From a bacterium (GTDB lineage Bacteria; Patescibacteriota; Minisyncoccia; UBA6257; WO2-44-18), in the NCBI GenBank assembly GCA_030646995.1, contig JAUSKF010000006.1, positions 8,624 to 72,623 of the forward strand: 64,000 nucleotides of DNA. Reading direction: 5' to 3'. The translations under genes and the position numbers were made by a program. The notes under the pieces were generated by a model. The model was given only the letters and a program-made list of their open reading frames with translations, had not been told where the DNA came from and ran no database searches. Within the stretch, counting starts at the first letter, position 1, and each line of letters begins with the position of its first letter. Shown here piece after piece: positions 37,045-46,904 of this stretch.

Positions 37045-38364
37045 ATGCGAACCATCTTTTTATTCGTGGATAAGCCGACTTTCATAGGGGACCTGTTGGA
37101 CACCTCTTATCTGCCTTACCTAGCCTCCAAATATAAGGTGATAGTTTTTACTCGCAAAGTAGACCAGCGGGAGGCGGCGGCGCGCGGTTACCACCAGTCG
37201 CCAAATATTACTTATATGAAATGGCAGATCGAGAACAATCGTCTGCTGGGAGCGATGAAGTTTTTCCGATTTTCCTGCATACGGGAATTCGATTATCTGA
37301 TTACCACAAAATATATACGCAATCGCCGCGGTGAAGATGGAAATAGTTCTCTATTAAGAATTGCCTCTTGGCCCTTAGCCTGGTTGTTCACCTCAAAGTT
37401 TTTTAATTTCATTGAGCGTTTGCTGATGAGGCGTTCGGCCAAGTTTTCCGAATATTGCCGGACTTATCAGCCATCACTGGTCATCACCGCCACCCCCGGT
37501 TTGAATAATTTTGAGGCGGAAGCGGTTTGGCTCGCTAAAAAAGCCGGCCTGCCTACGGTAGCGGTCGATTGCGCTTGGGACAACCTCACTACCCGTGTTA
37601 CCCGCGTTCGTCCCACTGACTATTTTTTTGCCTGGCATGAGCCGATGCGTCAGGAGGCGATAAGGATACACGGCCTTTCTCCGGAACGAGTGCAGGTTAC
37701 CGGACCTTTGCGTTTTGATTATTACTTCACCAAGGAGCCTCAGCAGCCAACCAAGGAAGAGTTTTTGCAATCGTGCGGGCTGGATCCGAAGCTGCCGGCC
37801 ATTTTATATACCACGCAAAAATCCCATCTTTTTGAGGATGATTTTTTAAGGAATCTTATCCAGATGCGTAATGAGCAGCAGATCCCATATGCCAGCATCT
37901 TTATCAGAGTGCACCCACTGGCAAAGCCGGGCCGTTTTCAGGAATTTGAAAAGTTGAAAGATATTTTTGTTGATAGGCCGACAGAAGTTATGTCGTCTGC
38001 CGATCTACGTCATTTAAAATACTCGCTTATGTATGCCGACCTGAATATTAACTATTCCTCCACCATTTCTTTGGAGGCGATGGCTTTTGATAAGCCGGTG
38101 ATAAATTATTTCGAGCCCAGCCTGAAAAGTTTTGAGTTGAATCATTATAAGCCCTTGTTGGATATGAAAGCGTTAAAGTTGGTTTATGACACCAAAAATG
38201 AGCTGGCCAAAGCCATCCGCGATTATTTAGAAGATCCGAGTATTGATCGGGAAGCCCGCAATAAGGTTTTGAATATCTATTTCCCGTTCCGGGACGGCCT
38301 GTGTTATAAGAGGAATGTAGATTTCCTAGAGGAAATTGCAAATTATGGAAATAAGAAAGATTAA
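37045..38364 (+). CDS. TagB/TagF-like polyol-/glycosyl-phosphate transferase, paralog 2
   Basis: LVITATPGLNNFEAEAVWLAKKAGLPTVAVDCAWDNLTTR; C-terminal INYSSTISLEAMAFDKPVINYFEP. Homologous to the ORFs at 21224, 39444, 40809 and 53823. Confidence 0.5.
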   Translation: MRTIFLFVDKPTFIGDLLDTSYLPYLASKYKVIVFTRKVDQREAAARGYHQSPNITYMKWQIENNRLLGAMKFFRFSCIREFDYLITTKYIRNRRGEDGNSSLLRIASWPLAWLFTSKFFNFIERLLMRRSAKFSEYCRTYQPSLVITATPGLNNFEAEAVWLAKKAGLPTVAVDCAWDNLTTRVTRVRPTDYFFAWHEPMRQEAIRIHGLSPERVQVTGPLRFDYYFTKEPQQPTKEEFLQSCGLDPKLPAILYTTQKSHLFEDDFLRNLIQMRNEQQIPYASIFIRVHPLAKPGRFQEFEKLKDIFVDRPTEVMSSADLRHLKYSLMYADLNINYSSTISLEAMAFDKPVINYFEPSLKSFELNHYKPLLDMKALKLVYDTKNELAKAIRDYLEDPSIDREARNKVLNIYFPFRDGLCYKRNVDFLEEIANYGNKKD

Positions 38365-39439
38365 AAAATCAGAGCTTGGCAAAGTTATGGAATTCAACCG
38401 GAAGGAATATCCGGCTGGCCATATTTTGCAGAACGAAACTTACTACAATTGGCAGTTTGATAATGTTTTCAATCCGGAATCGGACAGTTATACCTCCCTC
38501 GGCCTTTTTAATGATGCGGGAGAGTTGGTCGGCACTAATGGATTATTCCCTGCCCCAATCACTTTTTTAAGCAAAAGTCTCCCGTGTATTTGGTTCGCCA
38601 ATTTGATCGTTCGTGAAGATCTACGTAGTTTGGGATATGGCTATCTTCTGATGGAGAAAAGTGTATCGATGGCGGATATGGCGGTAGACCACAATATAAA
38701 TGCTGCGGCGTGGCCTCTTTTTATTAAATCTGGCTGGCAAGGCGGAGATATTGAGCGGTATTTGGGAATTATTAATCCGGAAGGGGCCGAGAGAGTGATT
38801 GGTCAGAGTAATTTAGGGTTGAAGGTCTTGAGTTCTCTGCCGACTAATGATTCCGGTTTGAATTTTGAGTCAGTTTCCAAATTTGATTCGGAAGTGGATG
38901 CTTTGTGGGAAAGCGTCTCGCAGCGTTATCCAATTTCTATAGAGCGAAGTAGTAAATATCTCAATTGGAGATATGCCGAGCATCCGATGACGAAATATCA
39001 CATTTTTTCGGCCAACGCTGGAAACGAAATGAAAGGATTTATTGTGTTGCGCATAGATGAGATCACCGAAGGACCGGAACGAAAGCCGTCGGGAGTTAAG
39101 ATCGGCAGGATAATTGATTGGGTGGCTGACTCGAGCGCAGAAGAATTTATTTTGTTGCAGGCAATCGAGTGGTGCCGGGATCAAAAAGTGGATTTTATTG
39201 ATTATTTCACTACTGAGAATTTTCACGCCGAAAGTCTGAAGAAGTTGGGTTTCGTGAATGATAGGGAAGAGCCTTATTCTTTGATGCCAACCCTCCTGAA
39301 CCCGATCGACCGAGTTAAAAGGACGCGACATAATTTTGCCTTTAAGATTTCTAATCCTGAAAGATTAGATTCCAAGGCGCAAGATTTGGGTAATTGGTAT
39401 GCAGTTAAAGGTTGTGGCGACCAGGATCGGCCATATTAA
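38345..39439 (+). CDS. Acyltransferase of the GNAT fold, FemAB-like tandem architecture (tentative)
   Basis: About 365 aa, in two roughly 170-aa halves with GNAT-like beta-strand/helix patterns (…GYGYLLMEKSV…; …KGFIVLRIDE…). Weak call from sequence alone. Confidence 0.3.
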   Translation: MEIRKIKKSELGKVMEFNRKEYPAGHILQNETYYNWQFDNVFNPESDSYTSLGLFNDAGELVGTNGLFPAPITFLSKSLPCIWFANLIVREDLRSLGYGYLLMEKSVSMADMAVDHNINAAAWPLFIKSGWQGGDIERYLGIINPEGAERVIGQSNLGLKVLSSLPTNDSGLNFESVSKFDSEVDALWESVSQRYPISIERSSKYLNWRYAEHPMTKYHIFSANAGNEMKGFIVLRIDEITEGPERKPSGVKIGRIIDWVADSSAEEFILLQAIEWCRDQKVDFIDYFTTENFHAESLKKLGFVNDREEPYSLMPTLLNPIDRVKRTRHNFAFKISNPERLDSKAQDLGNWYAVKGCGDQDRPY

Positions 39440-39443
39440 AAAG

Positions 39444-40799
39444 ATGAAAACGATTTTTCTAACTAGTTTTAATCCGTTTATCGCGCGCAACATTCTGGCT
39501 ACGGATGTTTTGCGGATTTTGAAGGAATGCAGCGATTTGAAGATCGTAGTTTTTGTGCCAGATTATAAAATTGATTGGTTTAAGAAGAATTTTTCCGGAC
39601 TGAATGTGGTTTTTGAAGGCATTATGTCGCAAAAGATTTCCCGCACCGATGTTATTTTTACCTACCTTGCCAGCTCTCTTTTAGACAGTAAGACCTTGGC
39701 CATTCATAAGAGAGAAGAATTGGCGAAGGATCATAATTATTTTAAATTCGCAGCCTCTTGGGCGCTCAGGAAAATCATTGGCCGCGCAAAAACCTTTCGC
39801 TGGTTAGTTCGATTGCTGGATAGTAAATTTTCTTTCAGATTGGAGTTGAAAAAATATTTTGATAGTTATAAGCCAGATCTTTTGTTTGCGACTGATGTTT
39901 ATCACAATGACGATGTCCATTTTCTATTGGAGGCCCAGCGGCGCTGTGTCTCTACGATCGGAATGATCCGTTCTTGGGATAATATTACTAACAAGGGAAT
40001 TTTCCGGGCCAAGCCCGATCAGTTGATTGTGCACAATGAAACCATTCGGGATGAGGCGGTCCAATTCAATGATTTCAATTCTGAGAAAATTTTTGTTTCC
40101 GGCATCCCTCAATATGATGACTTCGTTAAAGGGCAGAGGATGGAGCGAGCGGAATTTTTCGCCAAGCTCGGGCTGGATCCAGCGAAGAAACTTATTATGT
40201 ATTCTCCGTTTGGAGGTCGTTTTTATAAATATGACGGAGAAATATTAGAAATTTTAAAGGAGTTAGGTGAGCAAGTTCTGGTGCGCATGCCCCCAAACGA
40301 CAAGACTGAATTGATAGGCTTCCAGCCAACAAAACTTTTTTATATTGATCAGTCTGGTCACAAATTCCAAAAAGATACTTTGCGTGATGTGGAATTAAAC
40401 CAGCAGGATATGCGTTGGCTCGGAGATTCCTTGTATCATACCGATGTGCTGGTCGCCTGCGGGGCAAGTATCGCTATTGATGCCGCGCTATTCAACAAGC
40501 CGTCCGTATTCATTTATTTTGATGGCTTAGAAGAAGATTTGCCGTACATGAAGAGTGCTCGCCGATGGCTAGATTTTGACCATGCGAGAAAGCTTCGGGA
40601 TCTCGGCGGATCAGTGTCGGCGATGAGTAAAAAGGAATTACTGGAATTCGTCGGGTCTTTTTTGAGGAATCCGGCCAAGGATCAAGAGAAGAGGAGGGCT
40701 CTAGCCGAAAAGCAGTGCTGGAAGTTGGACGGAAGATCGGGCCATCGGATTGCCGAATTTATTTTAGCCAGAATTGACCTTCAGCGTTTCGGAGGATAG
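39444..40799 (+). CDS. TagB/TagF-like polyol-/glycosyl-phosphate transferase, paralog 3
   Basis: MKTIFLTSFNPFIARNIL N-terminus shared with the paralogs; LVACGASIAIDAALFNKPSVFIYFDGLEEDLPY; terminal LDGRSGHRIAEFI. The start is moved to the ATG at 39444. Confidence 0.5.
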   Translation: MKTIFLTSFNPFIARNILATDVLRILKECSDLKIVVFVPDYKIDWFKKNFSGLNVVFEGIMSQKISRTDVIFTYLASSLLDSKTLAIHKREELAKDHNYFKFAASWALRKIIGRAKTFRWLVRLLDSKFSFRLELKKYFDSYKPDLLFATDVYHNDDVHFLLEAQRRCVSTIGMIRSWDNITNKGIFRAKPDQLIVHNETIRDEAVQFNDFNSEKIFVSGIPQYDDFVKGQRMERAEFFAKLGLDPAKKLIMYSPFGGRFYKYDGEILEILKELGEQVLVRMPPNDKTELIGFQPTKLFYIDQSGHKFQKDTLRDVELNQQDMRWLGDSLYHTDVLVACGASIAIDAALFNKPSVFIYFDGLEEDLPYMKSARRWLDFDHARKLRDLGGSVSAMSKKELLEFVGSFLRNPAKDQEKRRALAEKQCWKLDGRSGHRIAEFILARIDLQRFGG

Positions 40800-40808
40800 A
40801 TTGAATGA

Positions 40809-42161
40809 ATGAAGACAGTCTTTTTAGCGGTGCCGCACGCGGTATTTTCCTCGGACCTTTTACGGACAAAATATATAGAGTATTTGGCTCAGAAATATAA
40901 AGTAGTGGTTTTGAGCGAAATGTTTGATGCCGCCGAGGCTAAGGAGCGAGGATATTTCCAGTCTTCAAATGTTGCATACATAAAGCGTGATATAGAGAAT
41001 CCGCGTTTTTGGGGCCGAATGAAATTTTTGCGCGTTGCCCTAATCAATGAGTTTGATTACTTAATTTCGATCAAGCATTTTTATAAGCGCCCCAACTATG
41101 CCAATAACTGGAAGAGAAGGGTGGTTCGCATGATTGGTTTGCCGTTCAAATATTTTTTGACCGCTGATTTTTTTACAAAATGGGAATTAAAATACTGCCC
41201 CATCTCCCCCCAATTCAATTCTTTACTTTCGGAGTATAAACCGGATCTACTGATTACCGCTACGCCGGGCTTTTCTCCTCTAGAGGCGGAATTAGTTGTT
41301 TTAGCGAAGCGCTCCGGCTTGCCGTCGGTAGCGGTTAACTTTAGCTGGGATAACCTGACTATGAATTCCAAGCATATCCGCAAAACCGATTGGTTGATCG
41401 CTTGGAATGAGGTGATGCGGCAAGAAGCTATTAATATACATAAATATTCTCCTGAAAAAGTTTCTGTGTCGGGTACTTTGAGATTTGACCCATATTTTGA
41501 TGACTCCGACGCTGTGATCGGAGCAGGTAAAGAAGAGCCAACGCGGAAAACTTTTTTGGAGTCCAAGGGATTGAACCCAGAGAATAAAACCGTTTTTCAC
41601 ACTACGGTTACTAAGGCTTACCCGTTCCAGAAAAAATATATTAATGATCTGATCAAATTGAGGGATTCCAAAAAAATCCCCTACGTTAATTTCTTGATCC
41701 GAATCCATCCCTTGGATTTGATAGAGAACTATTCGGAATTCAAGAATATTCCCGATCTTTGCTTGGAAAGGTCCGGTCAAAATGTAGAAATGAGCTATAC
41801 CGACCTGCTGAACCTTAAATATTCTTTGAAATATACCGATCTGAACATCAATTATGCTTCTACGATCACCATTGAGGCCTGTATTTTCGATAAGCCGGTC
41901 ATCAACATTGGCTATTTGGATCGCTTCGCCTTGGCCTATGAGTTCAACCATTATCAACCAATTTATGAAAGTGGAGCGATAAAGTTAGCGAAGACTGACG
42001 AGGACTTACCGATCCTTATTAATCAATACTTAGAGCATCCGGAATCAGGAAGGGAGCAGCGGTTAGCAATCGTGGATAAGTATGTACAATTCACTGATGG
42101 TTTATCATATAAACGTAGCGTAGACGCGCTAAGCGCAATATTTAAATATTTAAATATTTAA
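40809..42161 (+). CDS. TagB/TagF-like polyol-/glycosyl-phosphate transferase, paralog 4
   Basis: MKTVFLAVPH…; LLITATPGFSPLEAELVVLAKRSGLPSVAVNFSWDNLT; INYASTITIEACIFDKPVINIGY. Confidence 0.5.
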   Translation: MKTVFLAVPHAVFSSDLLRTKYIEYLAQKYKVVVLSEMFDAAEAKERGYFQSSNVAYIKRDIENPRFWGRMKFLRVALINEFDYLISIKHFYKRPNYANNWKRRVVRMIGLPFKYFLTADFFTKWELKYCPISPQFNSLLSEYKPDLLITATPGFSPLEAELVVLAKRSGLPSVAVNFSWDNLTMNSKHIRKTDWLIAWNEVMRQEAINIHKYSPEKVSVSGTLRFDPYFDDSDAVIGAGKEEPTRKTFLESKGLNPENKTVFHTTVTKAYPFQKKYINDLIKLRDSKKIPYVNFLIRIHPLDLIENYSEFKNIPDLCLERSGQNVEMSYTDLLNLKYSLKYTDLNINYASTITIEACIFDKPVINIGYLDRFALAYEFNHYQPIYESGAIKLAKTDEDLPILINQYLEHPESGREQRLAIVDKYVQFTDGLSYKRSVDALSAIFKYLNI

Positions 42162-42171
42162 ACTTAAAAAT

Positions 42172-43113
42172 ATGTCTGATTTATCGAAAGATAAATATAT
42201 CATTGTTAACTACCACTACGTGGAAGATCCGCGCCCTAAGTCGGCGGGAATTTCTCCCTGTTCGATTGCTGAGTTTGATCGTCAGATCAGTTATTTGTCA
42301 AAGAATTTTAAAATAGTCAACTTGGGAGAGATTTATCAGGCCGCGGTTTCCGGTAAGGAGGGGAAGTTTTGTGCTATTACTTTCGATGATGGCCTGAAAG
42401 ACAATTATGTTAATGCTTTTCCAATCCTCCAGAAATATCAGGCAACGGCTACTTTCTTTATCATTACCTCTGTATTCGAGCATCGTCTACCCGCAGCTCA
42501 CAAGATCCATATTTTACTTTCTAGATTTACCGCTGATCAGATTATCGATCTTTTCCATACTTTCATAGGTGAGTTTTATCCAGACCTAAAAAACCAATAT
42601 ATCATTCCCAAGGACCGTCGTTTAACAGAGCGTAGGATGCATGAAGGAGTAGCAATGGCTAATTTCAAAGAAACAATGATCGCCTTGCCGGAAGATGTGC
42701 GGAGTCAGTTTTTGCGTTATGGATTTAAGATTAATAAATTGAACGAGGAAAAAATCAGTAGCCATTTATTTTTAAATCGAGAAGAAATCAAGGCTTTGCT
42801 GGATGGGGGCATGCAAATCGGTTCGCACTCCCATGGTCATTATTCTATGTCAGGAGACGATGAATCTTTTTTGCGAAAAGACGTAAAACTTTCCAAAGAA
42901 ATTTTATCAGGGATCATCGGCGCTTATCCCAAATGGTTTTCCTATCCGCATGGGCGTTCTAGCGCGGTGGCCGAACGGGTTCTGCGAGAGGAGGGTTTTG
43001 ATTTAGCGGTGACTATTCAGCGGAAAAAAATAGAGAGCACCGATAGTCCGTTGACGATCCCTCGGTATGATACGATAGATATAAAAGAGTATTTGGATGA
43101 GCAAAAGATTTAG
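42172..43113 (+). CDS. Polysaccharide deacetylase (NodB-homology / CE4), paralog B
   Basis: FCAITFDDGLKDNY, GSHSHGHY, SYPHGR; paralogous to the ORF at 25295..26191. Confidence 0.7.
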   Translation: MSDLSKDKYIIVNYHYVEDPRPKSAGISPCSIAEFDRQISYLSKNFKIVNLGEIYQAAVSGKEGKFCAITFDDGLKDNYVNAFPILQKYQATATFFIITSVFEHRLPAAHKIHILLSRFTADQIIDLFHTFIGEFYPDLKNQYIIPKDRRLTERRMHEGVAMANFKETMIALPEDVRSQFLRYGFKINKLNEEKISSHLFLNREEIKALLDGGMQIGSHSHGHYSMSGDDESFLRKDVKLSKEILSGIIGAYPKWFSYPHGRSSAVAERVLREEGFDLAVTIQRKKIESTDSPLTIPRYDTIDIKEYLDEQKI

Positions 43114-44929
43114 TTTTTTAATTCTGGGTTTGGCAGTGTTAGTTGGGGTGCTTTATCTAGCACCTCAACTCCTAATCAAGCGCGCTGTGGAAAATTCCGG
43201 TCGTACTTTCGTATTGGCTCAATTCAACCAGCTGCATGATGGGGGAGAAGTCTATTTCCAGTTTGCTCGCGAGGCCGCTGAAGGCCATATTCCGCCTGCC
43301 GATCTTTATTTTGACCAGCAGCTCCCCAATATTTATCCGCCTCTTCCACCGGTGATTTTGTCGGTATTGATCCGAATATTCGGAGACGTGACCGGGGCTT
43401 ATTTGGCCGCGTTGTTTATTTTTCCGGCGATTACCTTTCTGTTCTTCTTTTGGTTGGGCTGGATTGTTTTTGATCGCAATAAGCTTTGGTCGGTTTTTAT
43501 GGCTTTGACTGGAATTCTAACTCCTATATTTTTAGTAACCTCGCAAATATTTTTAGGCCCTTCATATTTTGCAAATATCGTATTGAAGAATTTTTATCCC
43601 GGCATCCAGACCCTGCTACCGCTTTTATTCTTCTCCCGGGTTGATCACCCCCTGATTACCAGCTTAATTTACCTTCCGGCCATCGCTTCGTTGTTGATCT
43701 TTTGGAAAAGACCGAGCGCCAAGACGGCGGTTTTAACCGGGTTTGTTTCCGGGCTGCTTTTCTACACCTACTTTCACTTCTGGGCCTATTGGGTGGTGGT
43801 GGGCGGGTTGTTGTTGGTAGCGTCACTACTCTTGTGGCGCCATGAAAAAGCTTTGATAAAAAATTTCCTTGGACTGATCGGCGTTTTTATTGTGATAAGT
43901 ATCCCATATGTAGTTAATCAGTTTCGGTTAAGTCGGTTGCCGGGGTATGACGAGTTTATTAAGCGGGTGGGGGTGGATTTTGGACACGGTGTCGGTTGGC
44001 AGTGGTGGCCATATTATTTGATTTACGCCGGAATGGCGATTTTGATTTACGCGGTTCTTTGGAAGAAAGAGAATGAAAAAAAACGAGCGGTTTTTTACTG
44101 GGTGGCGTTGTTGTCCGGAGTGGTGGCGTTGAATGTTCAGGTGATTACAGGATTCGTACCGCATCCAGATCATTGGTCTAGAGCCGTAGATCCAATCTTG
44201 GCATTGATGATATTTGAGATCATTTATCATCTAGCGAAGAGAGCTTCGGCTCGTTATCCAAATTTCAAAAAGGCGTTGCCGATAGCACTCGCTTTGCTGA
44301 TGGTTCTACTTGTGGCGAAAAAGGCGGTGAACGTGGCCGGCTTTGTGAGGCCTGACCCGGAGTCGCTGGTTCAGTACGCGATGCCGGAGGATTTGTTGGA
44401 ATCTTGGCGATGGATGGATGAAAACCTGAAAGAACCAAAGATTATTTCGCCTTCTATCATCACGACTATTTATTCCACGGCATTCAGTTCGGCGCGGCCG
44501 TTTTTGCCATCAGGTGGCGTTATCCCAATAACCAACGAAAAACTGGAAGACCTTTTTTTGATTGCCAATAAAGTTTTTGGAGTGAGTGTGGATGTAGTGG
44601 AGAAGCGATTAAGAGGGGGCGTGGGATTAGATTGTAAATATCTTTGCGATTGGAACCCTGCGCTCGTGAACATCGAGGGAGCTTCAGGGTTTCTGTACTC
44701 CTCTTATTTTAAGCACCTGACGGGCTCTAAGGCGGTACCGGAAGAAAAGATTGCCGAACTTTCTCGTAAGTATCGGAAAATTCGAGCTGATTGGGATAAC
44801 TTGGGGGCGAATTATGTCTATTATGGGCCGCTCGAGAGGCAATTTTCCACAATTGATCCAAAGAAAGATTCTCGGTTGGAATTGGTTTATAAAAATACCT
44901 CGGTAGAGATTTATAAAATTAAGCGCTAG
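43097..44929 (+). CDS. Large polytopic membrane protein, GT-C-like (ArnT/PMT-like lipid-linked-sugar transferase candidate)
   Basis: About 14 TM helices. Homologous to the C-terminal 600 aa of the GT2 fusion at 61116..63629 (HEKALIKNFLGL versus HDKALIKNFLIL; YVYYGPLERQF versus YVYYGPWEKQF). Confidence 0.5.
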   Translation: MSKRFSFLILGLAVLVGVLYLAPQLLIKRAVENSGRTFVLAQFNQLHDGGEVYFQFAREAAEGHIPPADLYFDQQLPNIYPPLPPVILSVLIRIFGDVTGAYLAALFIFPAITFLFFFWLGWIVFDRNKLWSVFMALTGILTPIFLVTSQIFLGPSYFANIVLKNFYPGIQTLLPLLFFSRVDHPLITSLIYLPAIASLLIFWKRPSAKTAVLTGFVSGLLFYTYFHFWAYWVVVGGLLLVASLLLWRHEKALIKNFLGLIGVFIVISIPYVVNQFRLSRLPGYDEFIKRVGVDFGHGVGWQWWPYYLIYAGMAILIYAVLWKKENEKKRAVFYWVALLSGVVALNVQVITGFVPHPDHWSRAVDPILALMIFEIIYHLAKRASARYPNFKKALPIALALLMVLLVAKKAVNVAGFVRPDPESLVQYAMPEDLLESWRWMDENLKEPKIISPSIITTIYSTAFSSARPFLPSGGVIPITNEKLEDLFLIANKVFGVSVDVVEKRLRGGVGLDCKYLCDWNPALVNIEGASGFLYSSYFKHLTGSKAVPEEKIAELSRKYRKIRADWDNLGANYVYYGPLERQFSTIDPKKDSRLELVYKNTSVEIYKIKR

Positions 44930-44945
44930 AAGATCTTTGCGTAGG

Positions 44946-44975
44946 TTGATTTTTTTGGGCTAAATGGTCTAGTAT
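44946..44975 (+). promoter_or_regulatory. Candidate promoter TTGATT -18- TAGTAT, ending 8 nt before the rfbF ATG (leaderless-type)
   Basis: Hexamers only; no Shine-Dalgarno sequence upstream of the ATG. Confidence 0.2.
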
Positions 44976-44982
44976 TCAGGGT

Positions 44983-45786
44983 ATGAAAGTAGTTATCTTG
45001 TGCGGCGGGAAAGGAATGCGGCTCCGCGAGGAAACCGAGCACAAACCTAAGCCATTAGTAACTATCGGCGAGATGCCGATTCTTTGGCATATTATGAAAA
45101 CCTACGCCCACTATGGGTTCAGGGATTTTGTGCTTTGCCTGGGTTATAAAGGCGAAATGATTAAGGATTATTTTCTTGGCCTTGATGAAGCGGCCAACGA
45201 TTTCACCCTGAAGCTTGGTTCCGGACCGAAAGTGATTACTCATCACAACAAGCGTGGTTTGGCGGATGACTGGAATATCACCTTCGTGAATACCGGCCTG
45301 AATTCCAATACCGGCTCCCGCCTCGCTAAAATAAAAGATTTCATTGGCAATGACGAAGAGTTTTTGTTGACCTACGGCGATGGCGTCGCGGACATTGATA
45401 TCAACGCTGCGGTGGCCTACCACAAGCAGAAGGGGAAGGTGGCTACACTTTCCGGAGTGAATTGGATTAATCCTTTTGGTGTCATTGAGCCGCAAGATGG
45501 ATTAGTGGCGGCCTTCAAAGAGAAGCCCCGCTCCAAGGCCTTCATCAACGGCGGATTTTATATATTAAACAAGAAAGTTTTTGACTACGTGAAAAAAGAC
45601 GAGGACTGCATTTTGGAAAAAGAACCGATGGAAAAATTATCGCGGGAAGGTCAGTTGGCAATCTATGAGCATCACGGATTCTGGTACTGTGTAGATACGA
45701 TGAAGCACTTAGAAGATTTGAATGTGATGTATGCCTCCGGTAATCGTCCGTGGATGGTTTGGGAAAATAAAACGACCGAAGTTTAA
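44983..45786 (+). CDS. rfbF: Glucose-1-phosphate cytidylyltransferase
   Basis: MKVVILCGGKGMRLREET..KPKPLVTIGEMPILWHIMK...FLLTYGDGVADIDI...INGGFYILN...HHGFWYCVDT closely matches RfbF/DdhA. Confidence 0.8.
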   Translation: MKVVILCGGKGMRLREETEHKPKPLVTIGEMPILWHIMKTYAHYGFRDFVLCLGYKGEMIKDYFLGLDEAANDFTLKLGSGPKVITHHNKRGLADDWNITFVNTGLNSNTGSRLAKIKDFIGNDEEFLLTYGDGVADIDINAAVAYHKQKGKVATLSGVNWINPFGVIEPQDGLVAAFKEKPRSKAFINGGFYILNKKVFDYVKKDEDCILEKEPMEKLSREGQLAIYEHHGFWYCVDTMKHLEDLNVMYASGNRPWMVWENKTTEV

Positions 45787-45803
45787 ACTTCGGTCGTTTT
45801 ATT
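45766..45803. terminator. Perfect 38-bp palindrome (AAAACGACCGAAGTTTAAACTTCGGTCGTTTT core), a bidirectional terminator shared by convergent genes whose stop codons overlap at its centre
   Basis: Seen directly. The GTTTAAAC centre supplies TAA on both strands, and both genes end with the peptide NKTTEV. Confidence 0.7.
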
Positions 45804-46847
45804 CCAGTAGAGTTTTTCGTCAATCTCCTTCTTGTCTTTCAGGTGATTGATTTGCTTAAGACGAATGAAATGCCGCTGTTCTAAGGGTTTTTCCGGTAAT
45901 CCATGTTTTTGGAAATCATCCCGTAGTTCTTCCGCCGCTTTTTTCAGGTCCCATTTAAATTTGAAATCTGGAAGTATTTTCTGCAGTTTTTGGAAAGACA
46001 CTCGATAACTGCGGGAATCTTTATCGGGCTTGTCCGATAGGGAAATTTTGGCCTTTGGGAAGACTCCTTGAACTATCTGCGCTATTTCTTTGACTTGATA
46101 GTTTTCTTTATCCTGGCCGCAATTAATCGCTTCTCCGCGCACTTTTTCTTCCGGAGTCTCCAGAAAGGCCACGAATAGCCGAGCGATATCTTCTGCGTGA
46201 ATCATCGGCCTCCACGGAGTTCCGTCGCTCAAGATTTTCACCTCGCCAGCCGAGAAGGCATTGGCGGCGAAATTATTCAGCACTATGTCTAGGCGAAGCT
46301 TGCTGGAAGAGCCATAGGCGGTGGCGTTACGGAGGATTATCGGGCAGAATTTTTCATCGGCCATTCCTTTTAATACTTTTTCAAATTCTACTTTTGATAT
46401 TGCATAAGCTGTTCGTGGGTCGGTGGGCGTTTCTTCGTCCACTGGTTTTTCTCCGCCGAGAGCTCCATAGATACTACAAGAAGAAGAGAAGAGGAATTTT
46501 TTTACGCCTGATTCTTTGGCGAGCTTGGCGAGCCGGATGGAGCCGTTGAGGTTGATGTCCATTGTGAGCTGGGAGTCTAGTGCTCCCATCGGATCGTTAG
46601 AGAGGGCGGCCAGATGGCAGATGGCATCTACGCTGGAGAGGTCGCTTTCATTGATATCCCGCACGTCTTTTTTAATGGCGGTAAAATTGGCGGTCTTTTT
46701 GAAAACGCATTCCGGGTCGTCAAAATAGCCGGCATCCACGCCGAGCACTTCGTATCCTTTTTCCTGCAATAACGGCACCAGCAGAGAGCCAATATAGCCA
46801 TTACTGCCGGTTACCAGCACCTTTTTTAGCTTATCCATATAGCGCAA
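45783..46847 (-). CDS. NAD-dependent nucleotide-sugar epimerase/dehydratase (extended SDR)
   Basis: VLVTGSNGYIGS, catalytic S…YAISK. Convergent with rfbF; 354 aa. Confidence 0.7.
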   Translation of the reverse strand: MRYMDKLKKVLVTGSNGYIGSLLVPLLQEKGYEVLGVDAGYFDDPECVFKKTANFTAIKKDVRDINESDLSSVDAICHLAALSNDPMGALDSQLTMDINLNGSIRLAKLAKESGVKKFLFSSSCSIYGALGGEKPVDEETPTDPRTAYAISKVEFEKVLKGMADEKFCPIILRNATAYGSSSKLRLDIVLNNFAANAFSAGEVKILSDGTPWRPMIHAEDIARLFVAFLETPEEKVRGEAINCGQDKENYQVKEIAQIVQGVFPKAKISLSDKPDKDSRSYRVSFQKLQKILPDFKFKWDLKKAAEELRDDFQKHGLPEKPLEQRHFIRLKQINHLKDKKEIDEKLYWNKTTEV

Positions 46848-46875
46848 TGATTATGAAACAAAAACTGGAAAATAT

Positions 46876-46900
46876 AAAGCCCCGATTTTGTCGGGGCTTT
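46876..46900 (-). terminator. Hairpin terminator AAAGCCCCGAttttgTCGGGGCTTT
   Basis: Immediately downstream (on the minus strand) of the stop of the DUF218-like gene. Confidence 0.5.
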
Positions 46901-46904
46901 GTTT

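Noticed and set aside
41301-41957. 218-aa and 156-aa minus-strand ORFs inside TagF-like paralog 4
   Set aside because: They lie antisense to a member of a five-copy paralogous family whose plus-strand frame is conserved across the copies.
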